This document shows positions 8,341-13,042 of a stretch of 13,042 nucleotides of DNA, in pieces. The notes beneath the pieces were generated by a model, which was not told the DNA's origin, made no database searches, and saw only the letters and a program-made list of their open reading frames with translations. Source of the stretch: Verrucomicrobiota bacterium (GTDB lineage Bacteria; Verrucomicrobiota; Verrucomicrobiia; Limisphaerales; SXQI01). How positions within the stretch are numbered: the first letter of the stretch is position 1; each line of letters starts with the position of its first letter. The position numbers were made by a program, and so were the translations under genes. The DNA lies in NCBI GenBank assembly GCA_033762115.1, contig JANRLX010000043.1, positions 1-13,042 on the forward strand, written 5' to 3'.

Positions 8341-8436
8341 CATTAATATTTTGAGCAGTTGAAGGCAGGAAATTCGATAGGGGTGTTTTCGGTTGAGATG
8401 GGAAAAATGTGGGAACAAGTGGGAAATGGTGGGACG

Positions 8437-8458
8437 TATTTAAGGAAATGCTTAAATA
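8437..8458. promoter_or_regulatory. Perfect inverted repeat TATTTAAG-gaaatg-CTTAAATA, putative operator or recombination-type site
   Basis: 8-bp perfect arms with a 6-bp spacer, 2 nt after the last box of the four-box TGGGA array. Confidence 0.55.
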
Positions 8459-8657
8459 AGCTGGCAGGGAGGTTGGGTGCAGGGCCCCATCCTGGTTTGG
8501 TATGGGTGCGAGAGGAAGTGGGAAGAAGTGGGAATTCGGGAACTGGTTTTGGGATCGGCAGGCGCGAGAGGGGCAGGGGGCGACGATCTTAGTAGGGTAG
8601 CTGGGACGCGCTGGGCGGGGAGGTGCCTTTGGCCTTTCGGTTCGGCAGCGATGAACC

Positions 8658-8686
8658 TTGACGGTTGCCTTCCAAAGGAGAACAGT
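8658..8686 (+). promoter_or_regulatory. Putative sigma70 promoter upstream of the hypothetical gene
   Basis: TTGACG (8658-8663), 17 bp, AACAGT (8681-8686). Confidence 0.45.
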
Positions 8687-8788
8687 CGGCCAAGCTAACC
8701 TCTGCAACGACACCACCAGCGGTCGTTTTGGAAAACCGTGCGGTGATTAGTGAGTACAGCAAAGGCGAGCGGCAGTTTAAACTCAGTT

Positions 8789-9376
8789 ATGGGGATCGGA
8801 CTATCACAATTGGCGGTGAAGGGTGAGACACTGGCGGAGGTGGCTGCCGCAATCGGACTTCGCGAAACGGGCGTCGATGCCGAGCCATTCCAGGCGCCTG
8901 TTGTTGGAGCTTGTCTGCCGACTGGCTGGTGCTTGTTCCTGATGAACCGTTGCGATCACAAGCTCATCAGTGATTCGATGGCCCAGCGGCTTTCGGTTCG
9001 TTTCGAATTGGTCACTCTCAGCCTGGAAGAACATGTCATGTTCAGTGCTGCCATTGGCTGGAAAGAAGGCCGGAAAATTTGGTCAGTAACTCACAAAGGA
9101 GAGAAGGGGGCTCGGGATTTGAAGACGGAGGGGGCACTTCCTTTGGACTTCGAGAAAATCCGTGGGGAATTTTTTCGGGAGCAAGATGCCGTAGATCAAT
9201 CCAAGGAGATTGTGGATTGCATTTTCGATATTCCCGCGGCGCTCGTCAGTTCCATGACGGGATTTCGCTACGATGAAAGTGAGAGCAATGTTTCCCAATA
9301 TAGTTTTAAAGAACTCCAGCCTGCAGGGAGTGGTGATTCGTGGTTTTCGAAGTTCGTCCGTTCTTTTAGAGCATGA
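8789..9376 (+). CDS. Conserved hypothetical cytoplasmic protein (~195 aa)
   Basis: Globular-looking ORF with LPTGW, EEHVMFS, WSVTH, GALP and VDCIFDIP..TGFRYD, which resemble an uncharacterised bacterial family as I recall it. ATG 8789 (MGIGLSQLAV) is preferred over GTG 8750. Confidence 0.75.
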   Translation: MGIGLSQLAVKGETLAEVAAAIGLRETGVDAEPFQAPVVGACLPTGWCLFLMNRCDHKLISDSMAQRLSVRFELVTLSLEEHVMFSAAIGWKEGRKIWSVTHKGEKGARDLKTEGALPLDFEKIRGEFFREQDAVDQSKEIVDCIFDIPAALVSSMTGFRYDESESNVSQYSFKELQPAGSGDSWFSKFVRSFRA

Positions 9377-9450
9377 CGTGGCAAAGGAGTATTTCAGGCT
9401 TTCAATTTCCGGGGCGGGTTTTAAAGTGCGCCGCTTAATTTAAATGATTT

Positions 9451-11517
9451 ATGGGCGCAGATAATACAGTAGCACAACAGGTCGAGGCACCGCCTTTGAC
9501 GCCGTTTTCTCTTCCAAGCAAACTGGCTCCAACCCCGAAAGGGAAGCCGAAATACAGTGTCACGATCAAGAACGGTGAGGGGAAGGATGTGGTGGTGGGG
9601 GACCCGAACGCGACGCGTGCTTTGGTGGCGTTGATGAATGTGCACGCGGTGAACGGGGGAGCGGCATGTCACTGGGGGGGACCCGCGGCTTTTGCGGAGA
9701 TCAATGCAGCGATCCACGGTATTCTGTTTTCGGTGGAGGGTCGTCAATGGCATGAGGCGTACAATTTTGTGAATGATGCAGGGCATACGGAGAATGGTTT
9801 GTATGCGTTGCGGGCTAATTACGGTTTTGACGGGACAACGTTCGAGGATTTGAAGGGATTCCGGGGAATCAAGAGCAAGCTGACTGGGCATGGCGAATCG
9901 CACTTGAACCCGGAGGGAGTGTTGCTAAGCAACGGTCCGCTGGGATCGGCCTTACCCCAGGCGCAGGGGCTGGCAATTGCAGACAAGGTGGCAAAGCGGG
10001 ACCGGGTGACGATTTGCACGGTGTCCGACGGGGCATCAATGGAAGGGGAGGCGAAGGAGGCCTTTGCGGCAATCCCCGGATTGGCGGCCAAAGACCGGGT
10101 GAATCCATTCGTGCTGATCATCTCGGACAATGACACGAAGCTTTCGGGAAGGATCACAAAGGATTCGTACAGCATGCAGCGTTCGTTTGCGGCGATGGGA
10201 AGCCTGGGCTGGAACGTGATCAACGTGACGAACGGGCATGATCTGCAGGCGGTTTATCTTTCAATCGAAAAAGGGATTGCCCAGGCAAAAGCGAACCCGA
10301 ATTTTCCAGTCTGCCTGCTGGTGAAGACGATCAAGGGTTACGGCGTGAAAGCGACGGTGGAGAATGCGGCGGGCGGGCATGGGTTCCCGCTCAGCAACGC
10401 CGAGAAGATCGTGGAGTTTGTCTCGGAAATTTATGGCGGGAATGTGCCTGAGGAATTCCAGAACTGGGCGCAATCGTTGCACAAGGAGTGGGCCGAGAAG
10501 GAAGCTGCGAAAAAGGCGAAAGCGGCGGCTTCCCCAACTGCAGCCCCGGCAGTGAAGAAGGACAAGGTGCAAACGGGGTTGGCAAAAGCTGCGATCAAAG
10601 CCGCACAGGAAGGGTTGCCGGTGTATTCGATTTCGTCGGATGTGCAAGGGTCAACCGGGATCAGCCTGTTCCAAAAGACATTTCCGGAGCGGTATATTGA
10701 GGTGGGGATTGCGGAGTCAAACATGGTGAGCACGGGAGCGGGTTTTGCAAAAGCGGGGTTCATCCCGATTGTGGACACGTTCGGACAGTTTGGGGTGACG
10801 AAGGGGAACCTGCCATTGACGATGGCGGCGTTATCACAATCGCCGGTGATTGCCTTGTTTTCACATGTGGGGTTCCAGGATGCAGCGGACGGGGCATCGC
10901 ACCAGGCGACAACCTATTTCGCCGCGACATCATCGATCCCACATACGGTGGTGATTGCGCCTTCCTGCTCGGATGAAGCAGAGTCGCTGATGTACCAGGC
11001 GATCAAGCATTACGCGGAGGATAAAAAATCGGGCAAGGATGCGGAGAATTATATCTTTTTCGTGGGGCGGGAAAATTATCCGTTGAGCTGGGTGGAAGGG
11101 GCGAAGTATGAATGGGGCAAGGCACAGGTGCTTCAGCAGGGATCGGACGTGGTGTTGATCGGGAGCGGGCCGTTGTTGAACAAGGCAATTGAAGCGGGAA
11201 AGAAGCTGGCGGAAAAAGGAATCAAAGCCACGGTGATCAATAATCCATTCATCAACCTCGTGGACATGGACACCATCGGGTCGGCAGTGAAAGCTGCGGG
11301 TGGCAGGGTGGTGACGATTGAGGACCACCAGATTGTCGGCGGCATGGGTGCGCAGGTTTCGCATGCGTTATCGATGGCTGGTATCGCACATCGAATGAAG
11401 TCACTTGGGATCAACGGCGGGTTCGGACAGTCGGCGTATGTGGCAGAGGATCTTTACAAAGCTCACGGATTGACGGCGGAGAAAATGATTGAAGCTGCCG
11501 AATCTTTGATGAAGTAG
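9451..11517 (+). CDS. tkt: Single-chain transketolase-family ThDP enzyme (divergent)
   Basis: CHWGG, DAGH, GHGESH, NGPLGS, ThDP motif SDGASMEG...DN, KTIKGYG, GHG, EVGIAESNM, DGASHQ, GREN, and the C-terminal domain VVTIEDHQIVGGMG. Confidence 0.88.
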   Translation: MGADNTVAQQVEAPPLTPFSLPSKLAPTPKGKPKYSVTIKNGEGKDVVVGDPNATRALVALMNVHAVNGGAACHWGGPAAFAEINAAIHGILFSVEGRQWHEAYNFVNDAGHTENGLYALRANYGFDGTTFEDLKGFRGIKSKLTGHGESHLNPEGVLLSNGPLGSALPQAQGLAIADKVAKRDRVTICTVSDGASMEGEAKEAFAAIPGLAAKDRVNPFVLIISDNDTKLSGRITKDSYSMQRSFAAMGSLGWNVINVTNGHDLQAVYLSIEKGIAQAKANPNFPVCLLVKTIKGYGVKATVENAAGGHGFPLSNAEKIVEFVSEIYGGNVPEEFQNWAQSLHKEWAEKEAAKKAKAAASPTAAPAVKKDKVQTGLAKAAIKAAQEGLPVYSISSDVQGSTGISLFQKTFPERYIEVGIAESNMVSTGAGFAKAGFIPIVDTFGQFGVTKGNLPLTMAALSQSPVIALFSHVGFQDAADGASHQATTYFAATSSIPHTVVIAPSCSDEAESLMYQAIKHYAEDKKSGKDAENYIFFVGRENYPLSWVEGAKYEWGKAQVLQQGSDVVLIGSGPLLNKAIEAGKKLAEKGIKATVINNPFINLVDMDTIGSAVKAAGGRVVTIEDHQIVGGMGAQVSHALSMAGIAHRMKSLGINGGFGQSAYVAEDLYKAHGLTAEKMIEAAESLMK

Positions 11518-11535
11518 CGCTCTTTTGTTTAACGT

Positions 11536-11570
11536 AACCCGCCTGAGGAAACTTCGGCGGGTTTTTTGTT
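11536..11570 (+). terminator. Rho-independent terminator after the transketolase gene
   Basis: Stem AACCCGCC/GGCGGGTT with an inner GAG-GAAA-CTT hairpin and a TTTTTTGTT tail. It begins 19 nt after the stop. Confidence 0.85.
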
Positions 11571-11588
11571 GGGAATGCTCTGAAGCTT

Positions 11589-11617
11589 TTGACTGAGCCG
11601 AATCAAGCTGGCAGAGT
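11589..11617 (+). promoter_or_regulatory. Putative promoter for the cytochrome gene (near-leaderless)
   Basis: TTGACT (11589-11594), 17 bp, CAGAGT (11612-11617), 8 nt, ATG 11626. Confidence 0.5.
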
Positions 11618-11625
11618 AGGGGCAA

Positions 11626-13042
11626 ATGTTTGGTCGTCTTCTGTATTTCGGCATGTTGTTGCTGGGCGGTGTCCTGATTGTTTCCGCCCAGGAAGTGAAA
11701 GAGGGATTGCGGGTCACGTTCAGTCCCAAAGGGGAGAGCAAAGTCCTGGATGCGGTGGTGTTGCCCAACGTGCGGCTTTACGTGCCAGCAGGTGAGGCAG
11801 CAACTCCCTTGATGAAACCGGGACCATTCACAGCAACATGGAGCGGTTTTTTGACGCTGGAAATGCGGAGCCAGTATGCGTTTCAAGCGGAGTCGTCCGG
11901 GGCGGTGAAAGTTGACCTGAACGGGAGCACTGTTTTGGAAGTGGCAGAGGGGAGCAAAGAGGTCACGCCGGGAAAAGTTGTTCGGCTGAACAAGGGAACG
12001 AACCAGATCACTGTGGTTTTTACCGCGCCTGCCAGTGGTGACGCCTTTTTACGGCTTTACTGGATCCCGAAGGATGCGTTGCCCACACCGCTGCCGGACG
12101 TGGGATTCAACCATTTGCCAGACGCAGAACTGCTCCAACACCTGGCGATTCACCAGGGACGCGGGTTGTTTCTGGAACATCGCTGCGGGAAGTGCCATTT
12201 GCCGGGAATGATGGGAGACACCGCGGAGTTGCAGATGGATGCGCCGACATTTTCAGGGATTGGGTCCCGGAGAAATTTTGCCTGGATGCGGGATTGGATT
12301 CTCGATCCGAAAAAGCAGCGCGCCACTGCCCGGATGCCGCGGATTTTTCATGGGCCGGAAGCAGCCGCAGATGCGACTGCGGTGGCGGCGTATCTGGCGA
12401 GTTTGAAAGTGGAAAGCGGCTCCCCCTCGGGGACGAAGGGAACCGCAGAACAGATCGAATCAGGGAAAAAGCGTTTCGAAGCGTTGCATTGCGCGGCCTG
12501 CCATACTTCACCGGAGGAATCGCAGGTGGATGTGGCGCGTCCCAGCCTGGCACATGTTCGAGCCAAGTTTCCTGAAGGAGAGCTGGCGAGGTTCATCCTG
12601 AAGCCGGAGGCGCATTATGCCTGGACACGCATGCCGAGATTCAAATTGTCCGAGGCACAGGCAGCGGAACTCGCAGCTTACCTGGAATCCAAAGCCGTTG
12701 AGCCGGCAACGGCCTCGGCTGACGCAGGCCTTGTTGAAAAAGGACGAAAGCTGGTGCAGAGCTCGGGATGCATTAACTGTCATACGGCGGAGTTGGAGAA
12801 CCAGTTCAAGACGAAGGCGCTGGCGGATATTCCTGCATCACGGTGGAACCAGGGATGTGTGACGAAAAGTGAAAAAAGTCCGCACTTCGGATTTTCACCG
12901 GAGCAGGTGAAAGCGCTGGTTGCGTTTGCTGAAACCGACCGTGAATCGTTGTCGCGGCATGTGGACCGTGAGTTTGCAAGCAGGCAGAGTTTGAATTTAC
13001 GTTGCGTGGAGTGCCACGGAAAATTCGAAGGATTTCCGCACT
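11626..13042 (+). CDS. Secreted multiheme c-type cytochrome with an N-terminal PA14-like domain; 3'-truncated and absent from the ORF track
   Basis: Hand translation shows no stop to the window end. Signal peptide MFGRLLYFGMLLLGGVLIVSA. PA14-like PFTATWSGFL..YAF..LNG..LNKG..LRLYW. CxxCH motifs: CGKCH 12184, CAACH 12490, CINCH 12769, CVECH 13003. RMP follows hemes 1 and 2. Confidence 0.92.
   Translation, partial: MFGRLLYFGMLLLGGVLIVSAQEVKEGLRVTFSPKGESKVLDAVVLPNVRLYVPAGEAATPLMKPGPFTATWSGFLTLEMRSQYAFQAESSGAVKVDLNGSTVLEVAEGSKEVTPGKVVRLNKGTNQITVVFTAPASGDAFLRLYWIPKDALPTPLPDVGFNHLPDAELLQHLAIHQGRGLFLEHRCGKCHLPGMMGDTAELQMDAPTFSGIGSRRNFAWMRDWILDPKKQRATARMPRIFHGPEAAADATAVAAYLASLKVESGSPSGTKGTAEQIESGKKRFEALHCAACHTSPEESQVDVARPSLAHVRAKFPEGELARFILKPEAHYAWTRMPRFKLSEAQAAELAAYLESKAVEPATASADAGLVEKGRKLVQSSGCINCHTAELENQFKTKALADIPASRWNQGCVTKSEKSPHFGFSPEQVKALVAFAETDRESLSRHVDREFASRQSLNLRCVECHGKFEGFPH

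Larger units (their letters stand above)
8262..8616 (+). repeat. Clusters of helically phased TGGGA direct repeats (MraZ-box-like)
   Basis: TGGGA at 8266, 8276 (plus TGGGG 8287); 8399, 8410, 8420, 8430; 8519, 8529, 8550; 8602 (plus TGGGC 8612). GAAGTGGGAA occurs exactly at 8262, 8515 and 8525. All are on the + strand. Confidence 0.8.

Noticed and set aside
8409..8534. GTGGGAA matches the eukaryotic CSL/RBPJ site
   Set aside because: The context is plainly bacterial, so the match is coincidental.
8260..8620. CRISPR array or classical oriC
   Set aside because: The repeats are 5-10 bp without unique 30-40-bp spacers and there are no cas genes. No good TTATCCACA DnaA boxes, no dnaA/dnaN nearby, and the left flank is not clearly C-skewed as a polarity switch would require.
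8282..8716. ORFs in the intergenic region (8282-8716 -, 8359-8592 +, 8477-8698 +)
   Set aside because: The Pro/Ser/Phe- or Gly-rich translations simply mirror the G-tracts. There is no recognisable domain and the ORFs overlap one another.
8693..8760. Possible integron attC site or structured RNA leader (GCTAAC; AACGAC/GTCGTT stem)
   Set aside because: Only a 6-bp stem, no matching RYYYAAC/GTTRRRY pair with extended complementarity, and no recognisable riboswitch core.
11401..12862. Short ORFs listed over the right end (11401-11886, 12107-12553, 12192-12575 and others)
   Set aside because: All overlap the uninterrupted cytochrome c reading frame starting at 11626.

Overview
Bacterial genomic DNA, probably Verrucomicrobiota/PVC (inferred from gene families and SD-less, leaderless-type starts). 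From left to right: the 3' end of a sensor histidine kinase; a secreted GDSL-esterase/DUF1080 fusion converging on a second secreted DUF1080 protein; a translationally coupled operon of two prohibitin/SPFH paralogues plus a 65-aa two-TM protein; an L-fucose-dehydrogenase-like SDR; a 906-aa secreted protein with three related beta-rich domains and a ~470-aa E/A/K/R helical repeat rod; a ~600-bp G-skewed intergenic element with helically phased TGGGA boxes and two palindromes; a conserved hypothetical gene; a divergent single-chain transketolase with an intrinsic terminator; and a PA14-like/multiheme cytochrome c that the ORF track missed because it runs off the right edge. No rRNA, tRNA, CRISPR or transposase is visible. 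The most unusual items are the intergenic TGGGA/palindrome element with the nearby strand skew, the rod protein, and the SPFH pair with its small partner. All counts and alignments were done by eye; no database searches were run.
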